Source: Camelus ferus (lineage: Eukaryota). Taken from it: 64,000 nt of DNA. The stretch spans positions 48,920,001 to 48,984,000 of the forward strand of contig NC_045697.1 in the NCBI RefSeq assembly GCF_009834535.1. Direction: 5' to 3'. The translations under genes and the position numbers were made by a program. Position 1 is the first letter of the stretch, and each line of letters opens with the position of its first letter. Positions 1-12,714 of the stretch are shown piece by piece. The notes beneath the pieces are model-generated. The model was not told the origin of the DNA. It saw only the letters and a program-made list of their open reading frames with translations, and did no database searches.

Positions 1-1438
1 CCCCTTCTTTGTTCCATGTATTTTAGCAAAGTATTAACCATTTTCGACCTTAGCCCCTGCATAAAGCTCCCGCCAGTTAGTAACTACTTTGGCCTGGGAG
101 AAGGTCTGGATGGAATTTTTCCAATTCTCCCTCTCTGGAAATACTTCACCAAGTTATAAGAGAAACGCGTGACTCAGTGACCACGGCGGGGGACCCCCCA
201 ACCCCCAGCCCCTTAGAGCCACATTAGGTTCTCTTTCCCTTCCCCACCCTACTCAATGTGGGTAGTGGCTCCCCAAAAGGCCACCAAATTCCAAGGTTAA
301 ATGTTTTCCCGCTTTGTCCCTTGATCCCAGGCACCCTGCAAAGGGTACAGCCTCTAAAGCAGGCCGGTGAGGATGGAAAACAAGGAAATTTTGAGAAAAT
401 AGTCCATGTTCCAAATCTACCAGTTTCCTGCTATGCTTTCTTTGATTATTCTGCTCTTACCACTTAGCAGGAAGAGTAGAAAAGAAGGAAAAGGATTTTC
501 TCTGAAAATCAAAACTCGGTTCATGGCCTGCCCTTCTTTCTCTCGTCAGCAGGTGCCCTCCCCAGGGAGAGCTGGAGCATCCCAAGAATCTGTACAAGTT
601 CACAACCAATCGCTCTTTACCATCATGGGAGCGAATCTCAGGAAATGAGCTGAGTGCCCCCAAGGGGGATGAAAGCATAGTCTCAGGTTGTGTGAATCAC
701 ACAGCATAGGTTTAAACCATGGAACAAGCTCATCCTGGTACTTAAGTGTCCATTTCCACAGAGTCTGCGTGCCAGCCCTTCAACCTGACCCTGGACCCTA
801 TCTTTTTAGCCCTTCATCCTATATCCACCTGCCACACTTAGGCCAACCTCTGTCTTGTCGTCCTCTAGGTCCTTGGAGAAGGGGATCTTCCTATTTAGGC
901 CTCATGCCCCTTCCTTTGGCTTCTGGTCGAAATTCCTCTGCTAAAGGTCACCCAACCCATCCCTGAAGCCGCCCCTGGCCTCTGCCCCTAGGCATCCTTG
1001 GAAGCACCTTATCTCCATCCTGAGGAGAGGCCCCTTATTCTGTTTCTGCAACAGGTTGCCAGTCTCACTTTATGGTCTGCCTCCCATCTTCTCCCCACCC
1101 CTTCCCAGCCCATCTAGCCACGGGTCACCAGCCAACCAAGGATCACAGTGTCCCAATCCCCAGCCCTGCCTCTCCTGCCACCCTCTGTAACAGGGACAGA
1201 CAAGGGTGAAGAGTAACACAAGGGTATTCTGTTTGAAATATATTTTCCTGAGTGAGCACTGCCAGGCTCTCGTACCTCAAATCCTCCGCAATCCTGGAAG
1301 AAAGAAGTTTTTGTTTTCACCTTGTAGAGCACACAGCTGCCACCCGGCCATGCAGCCCCCAGCTTATCACAGGTGAGGACTTGGCAGGTATTTTTCTGAG
1401 AAGCAGCAGACATGATGGAAAAGGCCTTGGGGAAGGGT

Positions 1439-1440
<2 letters not shown>

Positions 1441-1490
<50 letters not shown>
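1441..1490 (+). repeat. (TG)25 microsatellite
   Basis: Perfect dinucleotide run read directly. Confidence 0.99.
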
Positions 1491-1492
<2 letters not shown>

Positions 1493-2094
1493 CAGGCGGT
1501 GCTGAGTGGTGGCGTCAAACCTGTGGATATATCGGAGGAAAAGGAAAATCTTGAAAACAGTGGCATAAGCATCATTCTAGGGACATTAAACCTTGGCCTC
1601 CTAGAAACCACTAGGAGCAGGTGATGATCTTAAGCCATGTGCATCATTTATTTTGTAACACAGTGTAAATTGGGGAGTATCAGCCCATCCTGCTGGTCGA
1701 AGCAGATGGCAGCCAAGTCTTGGCTTCTGCTGCCACCTTGTGTTTTAGAGAAGGAAGTCTAAATTCACGGCATTGCTCTGGCACCAAGAAATCAGCCAAC
1801 ATTTTAGAGCTGGAAGAGATCTTAGAAATCTCCAGCCTAGCTCCCTTCAACTCACAGATAAGGAAACCGAGACTCCGACTGGAACCCAGAGCCCCTAGCT
1901 CCTTCCTCTGCACCACCCACTTCTCTGGATAATTACATTCACAGCACATGCACTCAGGTCAGATCCTCAATAACTCAGGCCACCGATGTGCATGGCAGAA
2001 AAACCAACATGTCCAAATCTATATGCGTCTCATCCAGTAAAAACATTTCCAAGAGACTGCGGTTCTGTGCAACAGGGCCAAGTAAGCACTAACG

Positions 2095-2330
2095 AGAATT
2101 AACATTTATAGGGCATTCGCTATTGATCGGGTACTGTGTGAAGCACTGTAACAATTATCTCACTTAATTTTCCTGTCACCCTATAAAGCAACAACTATTT
2201 TATCCCCACCTTGCACTGAAGGAAACTCAGAGTGGCTAAGTCACTTGCCCAAAGTCACCCAGCCACATCTGGCAGAGAGAGAATTCAAATTCAGGTCAGT
2301 ACGGTATCAAATCAATGCTGTTAACTCTTT
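2095..2330 (-). mobile_element. MIR SINE
   Basis: Reverse MIR core: GAAGGAAACTCAGAGTGGCTAAGTCACTTGCCCAAAGTCACCCAGC. Confidence 0.85.
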
Positions 2331-2455
2331 ATCATCATTCATCACCTGGATGGAAACCCTATAAAGCTTCACTTAACAAGACAGTTTCAAACTAGGAGGG
2401 ATCCCTTCAGGGCCCGTTCACGTTCTTTGTCTGCATCCTGTGAGCTCTCCTTCTT

Positions 2456-2640
2456 TGGCTCTCCTACACTGTGGTCCTCAGACCAGCAGCTTCCCCGTCA
2501 CTCGTAGACGTTAGAAGTGCAAAATTTCAGCCAGCACCCCAGCGCAACTGAATCAGAAACTCTAGAGGTTGGGTCTGCCTATCTGAGCTTTAACAAACCC
2601 TCAGGGCATTCTGATGCCACTCAAGATTGTGACCGCCTGC
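2456..2640. mobile_element. MER5A-like hAT-Charlie MITE
   Basis: Diagnostic ACTGAATCAGAAACTCTAGAGGTTGGG...TTTAACAAACCCTC...ATTCTGATGC. Confidence 0.8.
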
Positions 2641-3919
2641 TATGGAACATCTAGGGACTTCAACAATGGGTTGACATTAAAGAAAGAATAGACCTAGTAA
2701 TTTAGGTCTCTGTCTAATAACAGAAAACAGAGAGAAAGTATTTAATTTAGCTGAGACCAAACTCCAATCTTATTTAACTAGAGGGAAAAGGCTCCTGGAA
2801 TTTTTGCGGTTTCCTCCAAATCCCCCATGACTCCTTGCCTTTGATCTTGAGAGATAAGAGTCTACCACCCACCAAGGGAAGCAGAAAAGGAAGAGCTGCC
2901 TCTGGGCACAGGTGGAACCAACAGAAGAGGAGCCAAACCCCCATCCTCCGTCCACCATCATAACGCCCCCACTTGGGGTGAGGGTGTGGGGGAGACACTG
3001 GCAAATTGCTCTATCAGTAAAGCTCCCAAGTCTTTTGAACAGTGTTCTAAAAGTCTCAAACCACTTTTTAATAATATATTTTTCTGGTGATAAAAGTAAT
3101 TCCTGTTAATAATTCTAAAACTTTAGAAAAATAAGAAAACTATAAAGAAAGTTAAAATCACCATTTCCCTATTCGTCGGGGATAACATTATGAACAATTT
3201 GGTATATATTCTGCCAGCCTTTTTCTATACATAAACACTTTTTATGGCATATTTAAATTGATTTCAACAATTTCGTACTATTAAATAATACTGATAAGGT
3301 CTTTATATGCAAGTCTTTTTCTGGATATTAGAATTTTTTTTTATGATAGATTTCCAAAAGGGGAATTATAAGGTTAAAGACTACAACCTTTCTTGAGGCT
3401 TTCATTATTGGCAAACTGATTTTAAGAGAATATATACCATTTTACAGTCTCATCGATAGCACATGAAAATAACCGTTTTAGCCCTTCCTCATCAACATCG
3501 GACATATTCACATTTTCTCAACTTTGCTGAGAGCAACCTGAATTTTGGCAATATTCACGTCCCATAATCTTTCTCTATCTGAGAATTCCAGACCTAAGGG
3601 AACCTAAACGATCTGATAGGAACCAGTTCACTTTTGGATATATTCAAATCTACATGGAAAAATTAGGCAAATGTCCCAAAACTCCCAATGGGGTATTTAA
3701 AGAGCCTAATAAGTACCAGCTAAATATTCTTACTAACCCATCTACATAGAAATACCTTTACATGCTTTAAATCAGGATTCAAATACGGCGTCCTCAGGAG
3801 TCAGGCAGGTAAACAAATTAGTAAAACAGATCAGAGAAACAAAATGGGCAGCAGTTTGCAGTAAATGTAGACTGTATATACCAGAGGAAAGGCATTCAAA
3901 TTCATATTTAGAAAATAAT

Positions 3920-5580
3920 CTATATACAATTGCAATGGGCAATCTGAAAATGAAATTTAAAAAATAATTCCATTTATAATGGCATCAAAAAGAAAATACT
4001 TAGGAATAAATTTTAAAAAAGAAGTGCAAAACATATACCCTGAAAACTACAAAACCTTGTTGAAAGAAATTAAAGACCTAAATAAATGGAAGGAAACCCA
4101 TGTTCATGGATTGGAACACGTAATATTGTTAAGATGGCAATATTCCCCAAGTTGACCTATAGATTCAGTGCAACCCCTATCAAAATCCCATTTCACTTCT
4201 TTGCAGAAACTGACAAGCTGATTCTAAAGTTCATATATAAATTAAAGGAATCCAGAATACTCAAAATAATCTTGAAAAAGAAGAACACAGTTGGAGGACT
4301 AACACTTTCTGATTCAAAACTTACCATATGGTCATTAAGACAGCATAGTACTGGCAGAAGGACAGGCATAAATAGAATGGAATAGAATTGAGAGTCCAGA
4401 AATAAACCCTCACATTTATGGTCAATTGCTTTTTGACAAGGGCATCAAGATAACTAAATGAGGACAGAATAATCGTTTCAACAAATAGTGCTGGGACAAC
4501 TAGATATCCATAGGTGAAAGAAGAAGTTGGACCCTTATCTCATACCATATTCAAAAATTAACTCAAAATATCAAAGACCTAAATATAAGAACTGAAACTA
4601 TAAAGCTTTTAGAAGAAAATATAGGCATAAATCTTCACGATCCTGAATTAAACAGTCGTTTCCTGGATACAATAGCAAAAGCACAAGTAATAAAAGAAGA
4701 AAAATGATAAATTGAATTGTAACAAAATTTAAAACTTTTGTGTTTCAAATGACACCATCAAGAAAGTGTAAAGACAATTCTCAGAATGGGAGAACATTTT
4801 TATAAGTCATATATTTGATAAGGGATTTGTATCTAGAATATATATATGTGTGTGTATATGAATATGAAATTTATATATATATATATATAAAGAATTCTTA
4901 GAACTCAGTAATAAAAAGACAACCTAATGTTTTAAATGGGCAAAGGATTTATATAAACATCTCTCTGAAGAAGACATACAAGTGGCAAATAAGTACAAGG
5001 AAAGATGTATAACATTGTTAACTGTCAGGGAAATGCCAACCAAAACTACAATGACGTATCATTTCATATCCACTAGGATCACTATAATCGAAAGATAGAT
5101 AATAAGAGGAAAGACTGCCACCATGTCCTGCTTGCTGTGTGCTGTCCATGGCAGGGTGTCGCGCCAGGACCTTTGTTTCGGACATGCAAGATACCCTCTG
5201 TTGGATAAGCCATTGATGTCTCTGTCGCTGTCTCTGGGTTCCTCCTTTGGTCTCAAGGCTGGGAAACTACAAGACTTGCAGGGTGTAGGGTGCAGCCCAA
5301 CATTTTGTATGGAGCTGTTGGTCCTGCTCGGTTCATAAGGACAAGCAAGACTTAATGCAGCAACTCGGCAAGTGCACCACTTCCTGCTGACATTTCTCAC
5401 CCACTACCATAAGGGGGAGAAACAGCACTTTAAAAGGAGAAGAGGGATTGAAAAAAATTTTAAAAGCAGGTAATAACAAGTGTTGGTGAGAATGTGGAGA
5501 AATTTGAGCCCTCATACCCTGCTGGTGGGAATATGAAACGGTGCTGTTTAGAGAACAGTTTTCGTAACCTAATATAAGGT
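3920..5580 (+). mobile_element. L1 fragment (ORF2 3' half, degraded), interrupted by an insert at about 5106-5462
   Basis: ORF 4086-4385 [31 protein letters not shown] is L1 ORF2. L1 text breaks at ...GATAATAA and resumes at TAATAACAAGTGTTGGTGAG. Confidence 0.92.
5106..5301 (+). mobile_element. 3' part (R-U5-like) of an ERV LTR
   Basis: CCATTGATGTCTCTGTCGCTG...GGCTGGG...GGGTGCAGCCCAACA resembles the 3' end of laurasiatherian ERV LTRs, ends in CA, and has a degenerate poly(A) signal (GATAAG). Family recalled, not verified. Confidence 0.6.
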
Positions 5581-6493
5581 CAGGTTTTGCATTGTTACTC
5601 ATACTTGGTGATACGAGCCTATGTGGAAGCACATTTGGATTTACCTTCATGACATTATTCAAATCTTCCACACCCTTCTTAGTTTTCCTCTGTTGGATCA
5701 GATATGGATTAACAGAGGTGACAAAAATCTTCTCCTTTTATTCTTCCTGAGTGTTGTTGCATAAAGTTATTTTAAAAACTCTATTGTCTTTGTAAATTTC
5801 AATCTTTTTCACTCTAAATTTCATTTTAAACTATATATATTATTTATTCATTAAAAATTTATCTCTGACCCATTTAACACTTCAGTCTTGTCCAGCGTTT
5901 ATAATGTGAATCTAGGCTTCTTTTGTTAGTATTTATCTTTCTATGCCTTTGCTCATCCTTTTAGTTATTGTGGAGAAGGCAAATTATACAAATATATTAT
6001 TAAATTATTTTTACAAAAATGAGATCGTAAATGGGGAAGGGTAGGGAGGGTGGGGAGTCTGAGGGGAGTATTATAAGAAAGCTAAATTTTTATCTTCCAT
6101 AATAGAAAGTCAATAGATAACATCTACAATTGGATAAAAATCAAGAAAAAGCCATATAGGCATACCATTAAAAATATGATCACAAATATAAAAAGAAATA
6201 GTTAAGAGTTGAGTGCTTTCCTCAAGGAATCGAGAATGAGGTAGGATAGGATTGGGGGAAGAGAGGGTACCAGGAATAACCAAGTTGTTTCAGGATACTG
6301 TACTCTACATACCTTTCCTGCCCTCTAGGATCACTGTTAAGATTTTTGATACTATTCATAGATGACATTTATTGAGAACCTACTATGTGCCAGCCTAAGT
6401 ATTATATAAATATAAAGTGAAGGTAAAGCCAAGCTCTGGGAAAGGGCTGTAGTACTGGTTCCTAGAGTCAAAGCAGAAGTATATACCTTTTGT

Positions 6494-6906
6494 ATTTTTT
6501 TTCTTGAAGTATAGTCAGTTACAATGTGTCAGTTTCTGGTGTACAGCACAATGTTTGTCATACATATACATACATATATTTGTTTTCATATTCTTTTTCA
6601 TTATAGGTTACTACAAGATATTGAATATAGTTCCCTGTGCTGTAACAAATAAACTTGTTGTTTATCTATTTTATATAGTGTTAGTATTTGCAAATCTTGA
6701 ACACCCAATTTATCCTTTCCCACCCCCTTTCCCCACTGGTAACCATAAATTTGTTTACTATGTCTGTGAGTCTGTTTCTGTTTTGTAGATAAGTTCACTT
6801 GTGTCTTCTTTTTTCTTCTCTTTTCTTTTCCTTTTCTTTTCTTTTTAAGATTCCACACATGAGTGATATCATATGATATTTTTCTTTCTTTTTCTGGCTT
6901 ACTTCA
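6494..6906 (-). mobile_element. 5'-truncated cetartiodactyl-type L1 3' end
   Basis: Poly-T followed by GAAGTATAGTCAGTTACAATG...GATATTGAATATAGTTCCCTGTGCT...TTCTGGCTTACTTCA. Confidence 0.92.
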
Positions 6907-7239
6907 AGAAGTGGACATCTTAAAACATCCAGAAAAAGCATTTGATGAAATTCAACACCCATTCATACTTTCAAACAAAATCTTAGAAAACTAAGAATGG
7001 AACTTCCTTAAACCACCATTAATATGCTCAAGAACCTTAATAAGGTGAGCCCTAATAGTATTGCCATTTATCAGCTAAGGAATCTTAAGTTCACAAGGCT
7101 TGTAAGTGGCAACACACTGCCTGCCTCCTGGGCAAGGTCTTTCTACCATCAGGTTCACTTTAGATTCACGGGACACAGAAACATGAAGTAGTCCTTAGAG
7201 TGAAAAGAAAACTGTTAATATGCTTTGTACATTCTCTCA

Positions 7240-7258
7240 TGTCCACCAGAGGGCACTA
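7240..7258 (+). promoter_or_regulatory. Candidate CTCF site
   Basis: TGTCCACCAGAGGGCACTA fully matches the core CCASYAGRKGGCRS. Confidence 0.65.
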
Positions 7259-8024
7259 GGGCTCATTTAAATTCAACCCCAGTGTTCAAAGAATACAGTA
7301 ATTGTATAGTAACAAATCGTTTAAATATTAGTAAAATTGGAAATTCATAATTGTGTTTTCTACAGGGTCTATTTGCAACTTGAGCCAGAATTGACCAGCT
7401 CTGTACCTTTCAGTGATAAAATCTCATTGCTAATAGTCTTCATATAGTTCTCCCCACCCCAACCATCCAGGGATACTCAGGCCATGCTGGGGACAGACTG
7501 CATAACCAGCTGATCGGCACCTCCTCCAAGCAGTCATGTTTTACTGATGCTATTCCAATGTTTTTTCAAGAGGAAGAGAGTGCTGAGGAAGAGTACTCTT
7601 CTAGGGAGAATGGATCAGACTTTGGGTATGGGGGAATACTGGGTATAAAATTTGAAAAAAAATCATAAATATTAAACTTTATAGATGGAAAATAGCTTAT
7701 TGTTTCTATGGTACAAATATTAAACAAAGATGTGAGGTTTTTTTCATGTTTATCAAAAGGAGTTTAATAAATAGAGAAGTCTGGCTCTATCTCATTTAAA
7801 CCCATTTGTGACTGTACAAAATATTTTATACTATGGAGCAACAAGGATGCTATCTATCGCTCATCTCCTCCTTTCCATGTTTACTGCTACTTCCCTGGTT
7901 CAAGTCCTTGTTTGTCCAGTTTATATTTGTCAGGTTTTGTGAATGTTGGGGTAGAGCCAAGCTCAGGGAAAGGACTTTAGTACTGAGTTCTAGAGCTGAA
8001 TCAGAACAGAAGTGGACAACTTAA

Positions 8025-9305
8025 AAGATCCAGAAAAAGCATTTGATAAAAGCCAGCACACTCTTGGTTTTAAATAAAAGTTTAGGAAACCAGGAATAGA
8101 AAAAAAGTTACTTCCTTAAATTAATAAACGATATCTACAAAAAGCCTACTGTAAATACCATACTTCATTGATTTACAAGATTACTAGATACAGAATCAAT
8201 ATATAAAAATCAATCATATGTCTATAAATTAGCAACAAACAAATAGAAAACAAATTTTTTAAAAAACCAATACTGTTTATTGTAACAAATCAAACACCCA
8301 GAAATAAATCTAACAAAATATGTATAAGACCTCTACACTGATTACTACAAAATATTATTGGGCAAAACTAAAGAAGACCTAAATAAATGGAGAGCTATAC
8401 CGTATTCATGGACTGAAAGACTCAATAATGCCAAAATGTTAATTTTCCATGAATTAATCTACAGATTTACCACAATGCTAATCAAAGTTCAAGCACATTT
8501 TCTTGTGGAAATTGGCAAGCTGATTTTAACATATATATGAAAATACAAAGGACCAAGAATAGCTGAGGCAGTCTTAAAGAAGAACGAAGCTGGAAGACTT
8601 CCACTTTCAGATATTAAGACTCATTATAAAGCTATAACCATCAAGATTGTGTAATACTGGCACAAGGAAGCTGACCAGTGGAGCAGAATACTATAGAGTC
8701 CAAAAATAAAACTACACATATACAGTCACTTGATTTATTAAAAGAGTGACATTGCAGTGAACTAAGGAAGAAGGTTCTGGGTCCGCTGCACAGCCATAGA
8801 GAAGAAAAGTATCAGGTTTCCCATCTTATATCGCACACAAACACCAATTCCAGATAAACTGCAGATCCCAGTGTTAAAGATGAAACCTTTAAGTATTTAA
8901 AAGAAAGCAGAGAAAAACACCCTTATGATACTGATGTAGCAAACATATCTTTAAAAATTATAAACAGTGGTAAGCATAAAGAATACAAATTTATAAATTA
9001 GAGTATATTAAAAGACCTCTACACTGGACACTTCACTACAGAAGATATCCAAATGACCCCAAAACACATGAAAAGGTATCTAATTTCTGTAGTTCAGAGA
9101 AATGCAAATTTAAACTACAGTTAGATACCACTATATATCCACTAAAATGGCTAAAATGAAAGGGCAGAAAATACCAAGAACTGACAAGGATGTGGAACAA
9201 CAGGAAATCTCATACACCGTTAGTAGGAATATAAATTGGTACAACCACTTTGAAAAACTACCTGGCAGTATTTATTAAAAATGAACATATGATTACCCTA
9301 TGACA
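8025..9305 (+). mobile_element. Old L1M ORF2 fragment
   Basis: GAAAAAGCATTTGATAAA (EKAFDK); ORF 8358-8540 KEDLNKWRAIPYSWTERLN; C-terminal ORF2 text to about 9305. Confidence 0.88.
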
Positions 9306-9674
9306 CCCACCCCCCAATTCTACTTTTCACAAACACAGGGACAGAGTTAAAGGGACCAACAAGGGACGACAGAACTCCCTGGGGTCAGCAACAGCTGTCC
9401 AGGGACAAGAAGAGGGAATGGCTTTGGAAACTGTTAGGAGAAACAAGCAAACGGGAGCTGCAATCTTCAATTGAGGAATGCAGGTCCAACAAACCTGAGG
9501 CTTGCTCTGCAATTTCCCTTCCATTATTGTAACTGGAAACCAGAGGACAAAGGAGCTGGTTGATAGAGTCCACACAGCTCAGCCTCCTGGGGCGCAAAGC
9601 AGAGTGAAGGGCAGTGCATGGGTCTGAAGGAACAGGAGGAGAAAGTTGAGCACACTGTCTAACGTCAAGACTGA

Positions 9675-9902
9675 AGCACGGACTCTGGAATCAGATGACC
9701 TGGGTCCAAGTTTTGCTCTGTCATACACCAGCTGTGAGGACTCTGGGCAATACATTTAACCCCTTTATGCCTCAGTTTCCTCATCTTTAACATGGAAATA
9801 ATAATAATCTACCTCATAGAGTTGTATAACAAGCAATAGAATGAATACGTGAGAAAAATTCAGCATGTAACAAGTGTTCCAAAAGTGGTAACTGCTATTA
9901 TT
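9675..9902 (+). mobile_element. MIR SINE
   Basis: GCCTCAGTTTCCTCATCTTTAACATGGAAATAATAAT core. Confidence 0.88.
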
Positions 9903-10423
9903 TTAAGCTCTCCCTTTACGCATTCTCTGCTCATTTAAACAGGGAAACTTATTAAATCTAAATATATCCTGTATTGTGTCTATGCTTAAGAAGCTCCTTT
10001 CAAACAGGAATGTTCCCCAATCTCTTTTCCAGAATCTCCCAAGTCCTTCAAATGCAACTTTGTCCATGGAGGCTTCCCTGAGCCCCTCACCCAGAAGGAT
10101 CCTCTTCTGTGTATCCAGAGACCCGTGTCCACTCCTCTCTAGTGGCACTTACCACAGGTCTCAGCAAAATACAGCCCAGTGCACACACGGCTATTCTCAT
10201 TTCCTTAAAAGCAGGAAACATACCTTTTCTTATTTATTTTTGAGCCCAACAAATGTACTTTATATACAAATGTTTGTTACCCTGAATTATATTGAAATTT
10301 CAAGTGTACTGAATGTGGCTTGAAACAAATTCACCATTGGTTGACAAAATCCTGTAGTTACAATGAGTATCTGCTGAGATGGTTTTTCTGTGTCATCACT
10401 GGCAGCAAAAGGGGATTGAACGA

Positions 10424-10556
10424 GGGGGAAGGGATAGCTCAGTGGTAGAGTGCCTGCCTAGCATTTACAAGGTTCTGGGTTCAATCCCCAGTACCTCCAC
10501 TTAAAAAATAAGTAAATAAATAAACCTAATTACCTCCTCCCCTAAAAAAAAAAAAA
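10424..10556 (+). mobile_element. tRNA-derived camelid-type SINE (Vic-1-like)
   Basis: A box TAGCTCAGTGG, B box GGTTCAATCCC, TAAA-rich body, A tail; TSD-like AAAAGGGGATTGAACGA (10407-10423) and AAAAGGGGGTTGAGTGA (10564-10580). Confidence 0.92.
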
Positions 10557-11504
10557 GGCATTCAAAAGGGGGTTGAGTGAGTTGGTCATAATCAGTGTTC
10601 CCTAAGCATCCACTCTGTGCCAGGGCTTTACGTCTTCGGTCGTGTCATTCTCTCAACCAGCTCACAAAGTAGGGACAGATGAGGGAAGTAAGTCTCACAG
10701 AGATAATGCAATTTTCCCAAGGCCACCCCAGCTAGTAAGTGGCAGAGCTATGACCCCTACCCAGACCTCCGCAAAGCCTGTGCTATTTCCATGATGCCAC
10801 GTGGCTTCCCACAAACTGACGTCAGGTGTGAAAGGGAATTTCTGGGCTTTACTTTCCTTTGTACAACGAGGGAGGCTGGGATGTTTGCTTAGATTGCTTC
10901 CAGTTCTAAACTGTATGATTTTAAAGAAGCAGCTTTGTCTGCTCATATCATGTGCCTGTGCTGATTACTGCTGGGGACATTCCTTCCTTCATAAAATCGC
11001 TTAGAAAATACAGGTGTTCTTAGTTTCCATCACACAAATGCAAGAGGCAGGTTTGGGGAAACTGCTTTCTATGGGACTCAAATTTCCCCTTCTTCAGTTT
11101 CGTGGGTTACAACAGTGAAGTCAACAAGAATGTAATTTGTGTTTGCATAAAACCAGAACACAAAAGAAGAGATCCAGGCATTATTCATTACTCCCATAAC
11201 AAAAGGGCAAAGTTGTTTTGTTAGTTACTCTTATTATTCAGCAAATATGCCGCTCAACCACTGGTAATATCCCAGTGCCATATCTCTCTAATGTTCCCAC
11301 TGCCTCCAGGAGGTAAGCGGAAGCCTAATTACTATTTGGTTAAACTGGAATATATTTGATGATTAAGGAGGTAGAATTAAGGTAACATTAATTCAACCAT
11401 GCAGCTTCTGAACTCTGTGTTTGTAATTCACAAAGGAAGAAAAAAATTCACCAGTCCTCCTGATATACTGCCTTAAAGAGGAAGATTTCTCCATCCTCTT
11501 CCTT

Positions 11505-11643
11505 TCTACTATCTATGTCTGTCTGTCTGGTCATCCGTTCATCCATCTACCCATCCATCCACCCATCCATTCATTCATCCATCCATTTCTGCATCCATCC
11601 GTCTGTCTATCTGTCTATCTATCTTCCTTGAGCTGTCTATCCA
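11505..11643 (+). repeat. Degenerate (TCCA)n/(TCTA)n/(TCTG)n repeat
   Basis: Read directly. Confidence 0.85.
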
Positions 11644-11924
11644 TTTGAGACTCAGTCCAGCTCAAAAAAGACAGACATATAGCAGGATAATTGCAATTAA
11701 GACAAAGCGGTCACCCTTGTCTGTGGAACTCCCTGGGAACTGGAAGTGCAAACTCTATCTATAAACATGAAATAAAAACCTGCCCAAAGAAGCAGCCTAT
11801 CTCTGATCATATAAAATTAGATTGTTCTGTCTCACGACCCAGAAAAATATATACCTACGTGACTAGAGTCAAGAGAACAAAGTAGAATTCACACAAAGGG
11901 AAAAGACTGAAGACTGCCAATCAC

Positions 11925-12175
11925 GCCACTTTGCTCAATAGTCCAGTGGCTCCCAATCTCACTCAGAGGAAAAGCCAGAGTCCTCGAGTTGGCCAAGGGC
12001 GCCAGAGTGACCTGGCTGCCCACTACCATGCTCCCTGCTTGCTCTGCTCAGGCCACTCAGGCCTCTTTCCTGATCTTCTAGCATGTCTGGCAAGCAGGAT
12101 CCTTGGAATATCAGTGCCTCTGCCTTGAATATTCTTTCCTCAAACATCCCCATGGTCCATTGCCTTATCTCCTTA
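11925..12175 (+). mobile_element. L2 fragment
   Basis: CCAGTGGCTCCCAATCTCACTCAGAGGAAAAGCCAGAGTCCT...CTCTGCCTTGAATATTCTTTCC resembles the L2a 3' region. Confidence 0.75.
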
Positions 12176-12176
12176 T

Positions 12177-12393
12177 CTTTCTATTTCTATTTCATTGGGA
12201 TTTTTTTTTTTTTTACTCTGATCTCTATTATTACCTTTTTTCTCCTTACTTTGAGATAATAGAATAAAAAAATAGATAAACTTCTCTGGCCAGGCTCACC
12301 AAGAAGAAAAGAGAGAGAACACAAATAAACAAAATAAGAAATGAAAAGGGAGAAATTACAACCAACGCCACAGAAATACAAAAAATCACGAGA
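12177..12393. mobile_element. Two short internal L1 ORF2 pieces in opposite orientations
   Basis: Minus piece about 12177-12256 encodes KVRRKKVIIEIR; plus piece about 12270-12393 encodes LARLTKKKRERTQINKIRNEKGEITTNATEIQKITR. Confidence 0.8.
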
Positions 12394-12714
12394 TAATAAA
12401 TTATTGTTTAAGCCACTAAATATGGGTATTATTTGTTACTTAGCAAAGTTACTGAAAACGCAAAGGATCATCATTTCCCTACAAATAAGCTACTTTAAGA
12501 AGTTCCAGAAGTGTTAGTTAACCCAGCATAGTGTTGGGGTTAGGAGTTGTTAAGGTGTTAGACTAATATGCTGTGCAATCAGAAATCAAACAATGTTAAA
12601 ATAAGTAAAAACGTACTTTGCTCAGGAAGCTGAAATGACTTGTCTAAGATGGCACAGGAAGTAGGAACAGATCTAGGAATAGAACTGGAGCTTTCCTAAC
12701 TCTCAGCTCATCAC

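Noticed and set aside
1114..1624. Overlapping ORFs with HT or CV repeats
   Set aside because: They stay open because of the (TG)25 microsatellite; no protein similarity.
5123..5338. 71-aa ORF with GCCACCATG as a gene
   Set aside because: It lies mostly in LTR-like sequence with no recognisable protein similarity; kept only as part of the retroposed-insert finding.
10424..10500. tRNA-like A and B boxes (also near 16400, 39530, 48500, 60790)
   Set aside because: They are heads of a SINE with a shared 3' body, tail and TSDs, not tRNA genes.
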